From: Piromyces finnis finn
Lineage: Eukaryota > Fungi > Neocallimastigomycota
Direction: 5' to 3'
DNA: 64,000 nucleotides
Assembly (NCBI GenBank): GCA_002104945.1
Contig: MCFH01000001.1
Coordinates: 1,488,001 to 1,552,000, forward strand
Part shown: in pieces, positions 42,201 to 53,488 of the stretch
Layout of the letters: every line of letters starts with the position of its first letter
Position numbering within the stretch: position 1 is the stretch's first letter
Position numbers and translations under genes: made by a program
The notes under the pieces: model-generated
Told to the model about the DNA's origin: nothing
The model's database searches: none
What the model saw: only the letters and a program-made list of their open reading frames with translations

Positions 42201-44655
42201 TTTTATTCTTAAATTATTCAACCGTATTTGGGATGGAGATTCCCCAACTCATGGAATGAATCCAGTATTGTTTCTATTCCTAAGAAGGGAGATTTGACAG
42301 ATTGTGATAACTATCGAGGTATATCACTTATCAATAATGGTATTAAGTTGATTTCCAAAATTGTCACCACTAGAATCTCAGAATATGGTCTAAAGAATAA
42401 TTTCATTAGACCTGAACAATTTGGTTTTCGAAAAAAGGAAGAAAGTATCAGTCTTTTCATTTCAATCCAAGAAATATGCCGTAGACGTCAATTAGATAAT
42501 AAAGAGACATATTTGGCCTTTTTAGATCTCAGGAAAGCATACGATTCAGTCCCAATCGGTAATATTCTCCATAAATTAGATTGTTTAGGAATCCGAGGTA
42601 AGAGTTTACAATTATCAAAAATTTATATTTAACATCTAAGGCTAATGTCAAATTAGATGGACAATTCTCGAAATCTTTTGATGTGAAGAAAGGAGTCCGT
42701 CAAGGTGCCCTCTTTCTCCTATTCTCTTTAATCTCTTTATTAATGATATATTTAAAGAGTGTGAAGATCTCGGAGTCAGTTTAGGTGACACTCGATGCTG
42801 TGGTGGACTTTTTGCAGATGATATAGTTATTTGTGCTCCAACAAGAGGATGCTTAAAAAAGATGCTTAGAAGAGTTAATGAATGGGCCTTGTATAATGAA
42901 ATGGAATTTGGTATCCAGAAATGTTCAACGATGGTGATTCGTCCTGAATCAATAGAAAATCAGAACAAGAGAGATCCAACATTTTACTTAGCAGGACAAC
43001 CCATTCCAACTACTGATTGTTATACTTATCTTGGTGTTCCATTTGATAAGAATCTGTCCCTTAAACCAGTAATTAAAGCTCTTAATAACAAGGTTTTGAA
43101 AGGGCTTTTCTCAGTCAGTAAATTCTTAAGAAATCCTAATATTCCTATTCCTTTCAAAAACTAGTACTTAACTCACAAGTGATTAGCAGAGTTTCATACT
43201 TTGCACCATTACTTGGATCCAACAAAGCTAGGTCTAGGATTGCTCAGAAGCATGTTAACAAAGGAATACGATGGGTTGCCGGAGTTCATAAAGCTGTATC
43301 GTTTATATCTTTATACTCTATCTCAAAAGATTTGAATATTCCTCCATTGTCAGCCAAATGTGCGTTAGCTCAGGTTAGATGTTTTAACAAATGGAAAAAC
43401 TCAAATTGTATTATCTCACACCTTGTCAATTACATTCCTAAATTTAGAAAATACACGTGGTGCAAATCAAGTAGGACACTTGATAAAAAACTAAAGAAAC
43501 ATGGAGATGTTAAAGCAGTTAAAAACTTTTATTGGAAAGATCTCAAAGGGAATTCAATCAAAGCGCAATATTATGATGATAATAAATTTATTGAAACTAA
43601 AGATTTTATTAAATTATGTTATGAGTACCCAGAGTTTGCCTATGGCTTCTACTGGCTATTGAAAGCAAGAAGCGGATACAAGTTGGATGCTAGAGTTGCC
43701 AAAGCTGCCAAATTTGTTGATCCAGTTTGTCCTAACTACTGTCCATGTTGCAAGTGTGGAGATCAAAGTATTAAACATTGGTTATTAGATTGTCCAACAT
43801 TTAGAGATATCCGTATTAAACATTATGATTCATAGTCCAGCTATTAAATTTTTTCAGTCAACGTAATTCCAATAGTCCTATCAATAATAATGAAATTGAT
43901 AATATCAGTAGAGATAGTAATAAATTAATAGTAATAGTAACAATAGTATAATAACAATAGTAATAGTAACAATAGTAATAATAACAATAGTAGTAATAGA
44001 AATAATAATATTAGTAATGATAGCAATAGTGAAGATAATAATTCTAATTTAGATAGTAATTTAGTTAATGATAGTAATAGTTCTAATAATCCGGTGAATA
44101 TTAATGTGTATGATTATTCTAGTGTGTGCAGTAAAATATTTAAATTCCTTCTTGGGGGAAGAAGTTTTAACAATATTAATTACAATTCAAGGGAATGGAA
44201 AGAACTTTGTAAGCGTCAGATTCAATCTGGTACTAATGAAGGAACACCATTCTTGACGGTAACCGCGGAACTTCTAACCAAAATCATGCCTTTTGCTATT
44301 GGCCAGCAATGGTCAATGTTCAAAAGGTTTGAAGCAACATCCAAGAGCGTCAATGCTGAAGAAACAGTAAGACAGGCCAGGAGGGCCAGCGCAACCAATG
44401 GAGATCATAATTTTGTCCCATGATAAAATTTTGATCTTTGGCTCGGTGTCCCATTGGAAGTCAAATACAATTATTATACTTTAGTATGATAGTGGCTTTC
44501 TTACTTTAATTAAAATTACTAGAATACATTATACCCATTTTTATTCATTTGTGTTTATTTAAACATATTTTTTTTATTTTTATTTTATTTTAATTTTTAT
44601 TACATGTATTATAATTTTAATTAAATTAATAATAAAGTTTAAAATATTTGATGCC

Positions 44656-44696
<41 letters not shown>
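39203..44696 (+). mobile_element. LINE copy 2, 3' part (its 5' end is 33311-33500)
   Basis: 33311-33500 joined to 39203 onward rebuilds the same two-unit 5' UTR as copy 1. A38 tail at 44659-44696. TSD (a)ctcatgctcat at 33300-33310 and 44697-44707. Confidence 0.92.
39905..44423 (+). pseudogene. Frameshifted ORF of LINE copy 2
   Basis: Nearly identical to the copy 1 ORF but broken into 6 or more pieces, mostly by short (mainly single-base) deletions (~40760, 42240, 42612, 42705, 43160, 43832). These may be consensus errors. Confidence 0.8.
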
Positions 44697-44699
<3 letters not shown>

Positions 44700-44707
44700 A
44701 TGCTCAT

Positions 44708-47700
44708 TATGAAGAGTAAAAGAATTAAATCCAAGTATTGCGCAATGGATGCTTGGTGCCCTCTTAGGAATGTGCCTTCATTTATTTAATAAATGTAATT
44801 TCTCAAGGGGGTCTACTCATGCTCATGGTACTGAGAGAGTAGAAAGAATTAAATCCAAGCATTGCGCAATGGATGCTTGGTTAGTCTTCAAGGGAAAATT
44901 ATTAGGACTAAGCTCATGGTACTGAGCGATTAAAAAACATTTTATTCATCAAATTTAAGTATTTGATGAATAAGTGAATGTTTGATTTTTCAGGTAAGTT
45001 TGTATAGTATTTAATTAGAAGAGTAATACATTTTGTTGCTGTATTTTTTCTTTTATTCATGTATTCATGTAGTACTACTCTTCTCTTGTAAGAATCCAAT
45101 GTAGTCAACTTTAGCATTTGCATTGTACTTTTATATTCATGTAGCTATTGTTGTATTGTTTCTTGTAAGAGACTGATTCACTCTACATCATGTAAAAATA
45201 CTATTCACAAGCTTTCTGGTGTCGACATTCTTGATTCAAATTTTTTACCAATTTAAATATTTAATGAAAAGTAAAGTCAAACAATTTTAGTGTCAAAAAG
45301 CGAATCGAATTTACTAACAACAAACCAAAACTAGAATTTTTAAAGAAAATTTACAACTAGAATTCAAAAAAAAAGAAACTTTAAACAAAGCATCGTAACA
45401 ATTTTTGTACTATCCAGTACTTTTAAGAAGAGAGAGAGAGACAGATTTTTTCCATATACGTTATATTTGTAATTTTTATTAGTATTTATTTTATATTCAA
45501 TATTTTTTAATTAGAATTTATTATCATGTCAGTCCTTTATATTAAAGATAAGAATTATATCAGACGTGGTACCCGGTCTTATGGTATCCCCTTAGATGAT
45601 ATTCGCTCCTTCTTTATCCGTGGTATTCGATCATGGTCAGTAAATATGCTATGGGAAAAACTCGAGGTTATTCTAGAAGATAAATTTAATTCAGTTATTA
45701 GTGTTAAATATTTTCAGACTTTCAATGATCACTTTTTCTTAGTCAAGGTTCATGGTTCATCAAAAGATTGTATTAAAATCTTACACATGTTAAAGAAGAA
45801 ACTTTCAGTTACCTCAATTTCCTTTTCAGCTCGTAGTAGAAGGAATCACAAATACACTTTTTCCACTCTCAAACGTAAAATTTTAGTTTCTAATAAACAT
45901 CAACATTCTATTCAACAATCATTTCAACAATCAGTTCAACAATCTCATCAACAATCCGATCTTCAACAAGATCTTCAACAAGATCTTCAACAAGTTTCCC
46001 ATCATGAAAATATTCCAGATCTACAGCAAACACAATTTCAATCTCAACATTCAACAATTAATTCTAATAGCTCTATCAACTCTGCTAACAGTTCAATAGT
46101 TGATAGTTCTTCAGTTTCACAGCCATCTAGTAATAGTTCTACTTATTCCTCTGATGCATCATCCATTAATAATGATGACCTTGATAATAATAATAAAGCA
46201 ACGATTCTTCCTCATCCATCAAGCCTGATAACTTTTCTTTTTGTCTTAGTTGGAACACTAATGGGTGGAATCATGAAAAGAGAGATAGTATTAGCTATTT
46301 CACAGCTATTTTCAAACCATTATTTTTATGTTTCCAAGAAACTGGTAATGGTTCTGGATCGAATACAGATTATCCTTGTCGTGTTACTTTGCGAAACTAT
46401 AGACACTTTTTCAAGAAAGCTGAGAATCAGTTCCGGAATGAGAGGTTTATATTTAGGTTTTCACAATTCGTGTCAAGCCTCACTTGAAAACTTCTCTGGA
46501 AAGTATATTATTTCTATTTATACTTTTAGTCTCTGGAATAGATTCAAATGCTCGATTGGAAATGTTTATATGCCTCATAGTCATCACAACATCTATGTTG
46601 ATCATGCAAAGTTAGAAGTTCGCTTGTGGTTACAAACTCATTCATCCCATCCATCGATTCTTGTTGGTGATTTTAATATGTCTAAAGTAAAATTATCCAA
46701 CTGGTTATCAACTAATGGATTAGGAGATTGGGAAATTCTTCCGCTTAGAGGGTCTACTATCTCTTGGACTCGAGGTGATCAATCTTCCGACATTGACCAT
46801 GCTCTTATCAATTCGAAGATGAAAGATCTTATTCACTCAGGATCATTTATAAATAATTTTTATCCTGTATCAGACCATAAGCCACTTCTTATTAATGGTA
46901 AAATTATTCCTATGGAAGATTTTTCTAATGACTTTAATGTTCCTAAGAAAATTCTGAAATGGAATAGATTAAAATGTATTGAGGAAAAGGAATCTATTCT
47001 CAGTCATAATAAATTCCAAATACTTTCAGCAAAATTCAACGATCCTAATGTTTCAACAGATGAACTTTCCAAAGAGTTTACTTCAACTGCTTTTTCAATT
47101 GCAGACGAGCTCAGTATTACTTCAGCAAATAATGTTATAAAGTCTTCATTTCATATTTCACAACAAATTTTTAATCTTCAAAAAATCAAAATGAAGTTGT
47201 ATAAGAGATTTAAAAAAGAAAGAATTTATGATATAGATGAATTTATTAAAAGAATTAAAATCTACCGTAAGCTCATTGATTACATCCACAAAAGATGTAA
47301 TGAATTTAGGAAACAAGAATATCTTCATTGGATTAAAACAGGATGTGAGTATATGAAGAGTCATAATCCTAAGAAGGCCTGGAAATGGATCAAGAAAACT
47401 GCAAAAATTGGAAAAGATTCTTTCTTTATTGCTCAACCAATTAAAAATAAAAATGGAGAATTAGTTGTTGCTACGGAAGAACAACTAGAAGTGTGGCATG
47501 ATCATTTCGAAAATCTTGCATCAGACCCAAGTGGTGTAAGTCTTGATTTGGAGCATTGGTATGAAGAACCAATGAATAAACGTTTTTCACTTCCTATGCT
47601 TGATGAGTGGGATATCAACCAAGATATTAGTATTGATGAAGTCAAGTCAGCTATCCTCTCTACTCCAAATTATAAAGCATCAGGTCCAGATGGTATTCCA

Positions 47701-50295
47701 ATTGAATTTTACAAAGCATTAATTCCATCAAGTAATGATTCTAATAATGCTACAGGTAATAATTCTTCTGGTAATACTACTTCAGATAATGACGCTCATG
47801 GTTTAAATTTTATTCTTAAATTATTTAACCGTATTTGGGATGGAGATTTCCCCAACTCATGGAATGAATCCAGTATTGTTTCTATTCCTAAGAAGGGAGA
47901 TTTGACAGATTGTGATAACTATCGAGGTATATCACTTATCAATAATGGTATTAAGTTGATCTCCAAAATTGTCACCACTAGAATCTCAGAATATGGTCTA
48001 AAGAATAATTTCATTAGACCTGAACAATTTGGTTTTCGAAAAAAGGAAGAAAGTATCAGTCTTTTCATTTCAATCCAAGAAATATGCCGTAGACGTCAAT
48101 TAGATAATAAAGAGACATATTTGGCCTTTTTAGATCTCAGGAAAGCATACGATTCAGTCCCAATCGGTAATATTCTCCATAAATTAGATTGTTTAGGAAT
48201 CCGAGGTAAGAGTTTACAATTTATCAAAAATTTATATTTAACATCTAAGGCTAATGTCAAATTAGATGGACAATTCTCGAAATCTTTTGATGTGAAGAAA
48301 GGAGTCCGTCAAGGTTGCCCTCTTTCTCCTATTCTCTTTAATCTCTTTATTAATGATATATTTAAAGAGTGTGAAGATCTCGGAGTTAGTTTAGGTGACA
48401 CTCGATGCTGTGGTGGACTTTTTGCAGATGATATAGTTATTTGTGCTCCAACAAGAGGATGCTTAAAAAAGATGCTTAGAAGAGTTAATGAATGGGCCTT
48501 GTATAATGAAATGGAATTTGGTATCCAGAAATGTTCAACGATGGTGATTCGTCCTGAATCAATAGAAAATCAGAACAAGAGAGATCCAACATTTTACTTA
48601 GCAGGACAACCCATTCCAACTACTGATTGTTATACTTATCTTGGTGTTCCATTTGATAAGAATTTGTCCCTTAAACCAGTAATTAAAGTTCTTAATAACA
48701 AGGTTTTGAAAGGACTTTTCTCAGTCAGTAAATTCTTAAGAAATCCTAATATTCCTATTCCTTTCAAAAAACTAGTACTTAACTCTCAAGTGATTAGCAG
48801 AGTTTCATACTTTGCACCATTACTTGGATCCAACAAAGCTAGGTCTAGGATTGCTCAGAAGCATGTTAACAAAGGAATACGATGGGTTGCCGGAGTTCAT
48901 AAAGCCGTATCGTTTATATCTTTATACTCTATCTCAAAAGATTTGAATATTCCTCCATTGTCAGCCAAATGTGCGTTAGCTCAGGTTAGATGTTTTAACA
49001 AATGGAAAAACTCAAATTGTATTATCTCACACCTTGTCAATTACATTCCTAAATTTAGAAAATACACGTGGTGCAAATCAAGTAGGACACTTGAAAAAAA
49101 ACTAAAGAAGCATGGAGATGTTAAAGCAGTTAAAAACTTTTATTGGAAAGATCTCAAAGGGAATTCAATCAAAGCGCAATATTATGATGATAATAAATTT
49201 ATTGAAACTAAAGATTTTATTAAATTATGTTATGAGTACCCAGAGTTTGCCTATGGCTTCTACTGGCTATTGAAAGCAAGAAGCGGATATAAGTTGGATG
49301 CTAGAGTTGCCAAAGCTGCTAAATTTGTTGATCCAGTTTGTCCTAACTACTGTCCATGTTGCAAGTGTGGAGATCAAAGTATTAAACATTGGTTATTAGA
49401 TTGTCCAACATTTAGAGATATCCGTATTAAACATTATGATTCCATAGTCCAGCTATTAAATTTTTTCAGTCAACGTAATTCCAATAGTCCTATCAATAAT
49501 AATGAAATTGATAATATCAGTAGAGATAGCAATAACAGTAATAGTAATAGTAACAATAATAATTATAACAATAGTAATAATAACAATAGTAGTAATAGTA
49601 ATAATAGAAATAGTAATAATAACAATAGTAGTAATAGAAATAATAATATTAATAATGATAGCAATAGTGAAGATAATAATTCTAATTTAGATAGTAATTT
49701 AGTTAATGATAGTAATAGTTCTAATAATCCGGTGAATATTAATGTGTATGATTATTCTAGTGTGTGCAGTAAAATATTTAAATTCCTTCTTGGGGGAAGA
49801 AGTTTTAACAATATTAATTACAATTCAAGGGAATGGAAAGAACTTTGTAAGCGTCAGATTCAATCTGGTACTAATGAAGGAACACCATTCTTGACGGTAA
49901 CCGCGGAACTTCTAACCAAAATCATGCCTTTTGCTATTGGCCAGCAATGGTCAATGTTCAAAAGGTTTGAAGCAACATCCAAGAGCGTCAATGCTGAAGA
50001 AACAGTAAGACAGGCCAGGAGGGCCAGCGCAACCAATGGAGATCATAATTTTGTTCCATGACAAAATTTTGATCTTTGGCTCGGTGTCCCATTGGAAGTC
50101 AAATACAATTATTATACTTTAGTATGATAGTGGCTTTCTTACTTTAATTAAAATTACTAGAATACATTATACCCAATTTTTATTCATTTGTGTTTATTAA
50201 ACATATTTTTTTTTATTTTTATTTATTTTTAATTTTTTATTACATGTATTATAATTTTAATTAAATTAATAATAAAGTTTAAAATATTTGATGCC

Positions 50296-50326
<31 letters not shown>
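44708..50326 (+). mobile_element. LINE copy 3, 3' part (its 5' end is 33241-33310)
   Basis: 33241-33310 joined to 44708 onward rebuilds a two-unit 5' UTR, with slight degradation right after the TSD. Poly(A) at 50299-50326. Confidence 0.9.
45526..50061 (+). CDS. LINE copy 3 ORF (1511 aa): open, but the APE N-terminus is replaced by compensating frameshifts
   Basis: Between ~46190 and ~46430 it reads ATILPHPSSLITFLFVLVGT... (alternative frame) instead of SWNTNG/QETG. The RT is intact. Confidence 0.8.
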   Translation: MSVLYIKDKNYIRRGTRSYGIPLDDIRSFFIRGIRSWSVNMLWEKLEVILEDKFNSVISVKYFQTFNDHFFLVKVHGSSKDCIKILHMLKKKLSVTSISFSARSRRNHKYTFSTLKRKILVSNKHQHSIQQSFQQSVQQSHQQSDLQQDLQQDLQQVSHHENIPDLQQTQFQSQHSTINSNSSINSANSSIVDSSSVSQPSSNSSTYSSDASSINNDDLDNNNKATILPHPSSLITFLFVLVGTLMGGIMKREIVLAISQLFSNHYFYVSKKLVMVLDRIQIILVVLLCETIDTFSRKLRISSGMRGLYLGFHNSCQASLENFSGKYIISIYTFSLWNRFKCSIGNVYMPHSHHNIYVDHAKLEVRLWLQTHSSHPSILVGDFNMSKVKLSNWLSTNGLGDWEILPLRGSTISWTRGDQSSDIDHALINSKMKDLIHSGSFINNFYPVSDHKPLLINGKIIPMEDFSNDFNVPKKILKWNRLKCIEEKESILSHNKFQILSAKFNDPNVSTDELSKEFTSTAFSIADELSITSANNVIKSSFHISQQIFNLQKIKMKLYKRFKKERIYDIDEFIKRIKIYRKLIDYIHKRCNEFRKQEYLHWIKTGCEYMKSHNPKKAWKWIKKTAKIGKDSFFIAQPIKNKNGELVVATEEQLEVWHDHFENLASDPSGVSLDLEHWYEEPMNKRFSLPMLDEWDINQDISIDEVKSAILSTPNYKASGPDGIPIEFYKALIPSSNDSNNATGNNSSGNTTSDNDAHGLNFILKLFNRIWDGDFPNSWNESSIVSIPKKGDLTDCDNYRGISLINNGIKLISKIVTTRISEYGLKNNFIRPEQFGFRKKEESISLFISIQEICRRRQLDNKETYLAFLDLRKAYDSVPIGNILHKLDCLGIRGKSLQFIKNLYLTSKANVKLDGQFSKSFDVKKGVRQGCPLSPILFNLFINDIFKECEDLGVSLGDTRCCGGLFADDIVICAPTRGCLKKMLRRVNEWALYNEMEFGIQKCSTMVIRPESIENQNKRDPTFYLAGQPIPTTDCYTYLGVPFDKNLSLKPVIKVLNNKVLKGLFSVSKFLRNPNIPIPFKKLVLNSQVISRVSYFAPLLGSNKARSRIAQKHVNKGIRWVAGVHKAVSFISLYSISKDLNIPPLSAKCALAQVRCFNKWKNSNCIISHLVNYIPKFRKYTWCKSSRTLEKKLKKHGDVKAVKNFYWKDLKGNSIKAQYYDDNKFIETKDFIKLCYEYPEFAYGFYWLLKARSGYKLDARVAKAAKFVDPVCPNYCPCCKCGDQSIKHWLLDCPTFRDIRIKHYDSIVQLLNFFSQRNSNSPINNNEIDNISRDSNNSNSNSNNNNYNNSNNNNSSNSNNRNSNNNNSSNRNNNINNDSNSEDNNSNLDSNLVNDSNSSNNPVNINVYDYSSVCSKIFKFLLGGRSFNNINYNSREWKELCKRQIQSGTNEGTPFLTVTAELLTKIMPFAIGQQWSMFKRFEATSKSVNAEETVRQARRASATNGDHNFVP

Positions 50327-51237
50327 TGCTGAAGAAATGTTGCAAGTGTGGAGATCAAAGTATTAAACATTGGTTATTAGATTGTCCAACATTTAGAGAT
50401 ATCCGTATTAAACATTATGATTATATAGTCCATCTATTAAATTTTTTCAGTCAACGTAATTCCAATAGTCCTATCAATAATAATGAAAATGTTAATATCA
50501 GCAGAGATAGCAATAACAGTAATAGTAATAGTAATAATATTAATAATAACAATAGTAATAATAACAATAGTAGTAATAGAAATAATAATATTAGTAATGA
50601 TAGCAATAGTGATGATAATAATTCTAATTTAGATAGTAATTTAGTTGATGATAGTAATAGTTCTAATAATCCGGTGAATATTAATGTGTATGATTATTCT
50701 AGTGTGTGCAGTAAAATATTTAAATTCCTTCTTGGGGGAAGAAGTTTTAACAATATTAATTACAATTCAAGGGAATGGAAAGAACTTTGTAAGCGTCAGA
50801 TTCAATCTGGTACTAATGAAGGAACACCATTCTTGACGGTAACCGCGGAACTTCTAACCAAAATCATGCCTTTTGCTATTGGCCAGCAATGGTCAATGTT
50901 CAAAAGGTTTGAAGCAACATCCAAGAGCGTCAATGCTGAAGAAACAGTAAGACAGGCCAGGAGGGCCAGCGCAACCAATGGAGATCATAATTTTGTTCCA
51001 TGACAAAATTTTGATCTTTGGCTCGGTGTCCCATTGGAAGTCAAATACAATTATTATACTTTAGTATGATAGTGGCTTTCTTACTTTAATTAAAATTACT
51101 AGAATACATTATACCCAATTTTTATTCATTTGTGTTTATTTAAACATATTTTTTTTATTTTTATTTATTTTTAATTTTTTATTACATGTATTATAATTTT
51201 AATTAAATTAATAATAAAGTTTAAAATATTTGATGCC

Positions 51238-51271
<34 letters not shown>

Positions 51272-52180
51272 CTGAAGAAATGTTGCAAGTGTGGAGATCA
51301 AAGTATTAAACATTGGTTATTAGATTGTCCAACATTTAGAGATATCCGTATTAAACATTATGATTATATAGTCCATCTATTAAATTTTTTCAGTCAACGT
51401 AATTCCAATAGTCCTATCAATAATAATGAAAATGTTAATATCAGCAGAGATAGCAATAACAGTAATAGTAATAGTAATAATATTAATAATAACAATAGTA
51501 ATAATAACAATAGTAGTAATAGAAATAATAATATTAGTAATGATAGCAATAGTGATGATAATAATTCTAATTTAGATAGTAATTTAGTTGATGATAGTAA
51601 TAGTTCTAATAATCCGGTGAATATTAATGTGTATGATTATTCTAGTGTGTGCAGTAAAATATTTAAATTCCTTCTTGGGGGAAGAAGTTTTAACAATATT
51701 AATTACAATTCAAGGGAATGGAAAGAACTTTGTAAGCGTCAGATTCAATCTGGTACTAATGAAGGAACACCATTCTTGACGGTAACCGCGGAACTTCTAA
51801 CCAAAATCATGCCTTTTGCTATTGGCCAGCAATGGTCAATGTTCAAAAGGTTTGAAGCAACATCCAAGAGCGTCAATGCTGAAGAAACAGTAAGACAGGC
51901 CAGGAGGGCCAGCGCAACCAATGGAGATCATAATTTTGTTCCATGACAAAATTTTGATCTTTGGCTCGGTGTCCCATTGGAAGTCAAATACAATTATTAT
52001 ACTTTAGTATGATAGTGGCTTTCTTACTTTAATTAAAATTACTAGAATACATTATACCCAATTTTTATTCATTTGTGTTTATTTAAACATATTTTTTTTA
52101 TTTTTATTTATTTTTAATTTTTTATTACATGTATTATAATTTTAATTAAATTAATAATAAAGTTTAAAATATTTGATGCC

Positions 52181-52211
<31 letters not shown>

Positions 52212-53125
52212 TGCTGAAGAAATGTTGCAAGTGTGGAGATCAAAGTATTAAACATTGGTTATTAGATTGTCCAACATTTAGAGATATCCGTATTAAACAT
52301 TATGATTATATAGTCCATCTATTAAATTTTTTCAGTCAACGTAATTCCAATAGTCCTATCAATAATAATGAAAATGTTAATATCAGCAGAGATAGCAATA
52401 ACAGTAATAGTAATAGTAATAATATTAATAATAACAATAGTAATAATAACAATAGTAGTAATAGAAATAATAATATTAGTAATGATAGCAATAGTGATGA
52501 TAATAATTCTAATTTAGATAGTAATTTAGTTGATGATAGTAATAGTTCTAATAATCCGGTGAATATTAATGTGTATGATTATTCTAGTGTGTGCAGTAAA
52601 ATATTTAAATTCCTTCTTGGGGGAAGAAGTTTTAACAATATTAATTACAATTCAAGGGAATGGAAAGAACTTTGTAAGCGTCAGATTCAATCTGGTACTA
52701 ACGAAGGAACACCATTCTTGACGGTAACCGCGGAACTTCTAACCAAAATCATGCCTTTTGCTATTGGCCAGCAATGGTCAATGTTCAAAAGGTTTGAAGC
52801 AACATCCAAGAGCGTCAATGCTGAAGAAACAGTAAGACAGGCCAGGAGGGCCAGCGCAACCAATGGAGATCATAATTTTGTCCCATGATAAAATTTTGAT
52901 CTTTGGCTCGGTGTCCCATTGGAAGTCAAATACAATTATTATACTTTAGTATGATAGTGGCTTTCTTACTTTAATTAAAATTACTAGAATACATTATACC
53001 CAATTTTTATTCATTTGTGTTTATTTAAACATATTTTTTTTATTTTTATTTTTATTTTTTAATTTTTTATTACATGTATTATAATTTTAATTAAATTAAT
53101 AATAAAGTTTAAAATATTTGATGCC

Positions 53126-53163
<38 letters not shown>
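50327..53163 (+). mobile_element. Three tandem 5'-truncated LINE copies (~940-950 bp each), each preceded by tgctgaagaaa
   Basis: Copies at 50338-51269, 51281-52211 and 52223-53163. All start at tgttgcaagtg (inside the CCHC knuckle) and end in poly(A). The 11-mer occurs at 50327, 51270, 52212 and 53164. Confidence 0.92.
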
Positions 53164-53165
<2 letters not shown>

Positions 53166-53488
53166 CTGAAGAAACAGTAAGACAGGCCAGGAGGGCCAGC
53201 GCAACCAATGGAGATCATAATTTTGTTCCATAAAAAAATTTTGATCTTTGGCATGGTGTCCCATTGGAAGTCAAATACAATTATTCTACTTTAGTATAAT
53301 AGTGGCTTTCTTACTTTAATTAAAATTACTAGAATACATTATACCCAATTTTTATTCATTTGTGTTTATTTAAACATATTTTTTTTATTTTTAATTTTAA
53401 TTTTTTATAGCATGTATTATAATTTTAATTAAATTAATAATAAAGTTTAAAAATATTTGATGCCGTTAAAAAAAAAAAAAAAAAAAAA
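53164..53488 (+). mobile_element. Short 5'-truncated LINE 3' end of a variant (older) subfamily
   Basis: Starts tgctgaagaaacagtaag. Has a TAA stop and 3' UTR variants (ggcatggtg, ttctact, atagcatg) absent from copies 1-4. A21 tail. Confidence 0.88.

Noticed and set aside
50326-51003. 225-aa MLKKCCKCG... ORFs (also 51230, 52211, 61757) as real genes
   Set aside because: The ATG is formed by the last A of a poly(A) tail plus the TSD; the rest is a truncated LINE C-terminus.
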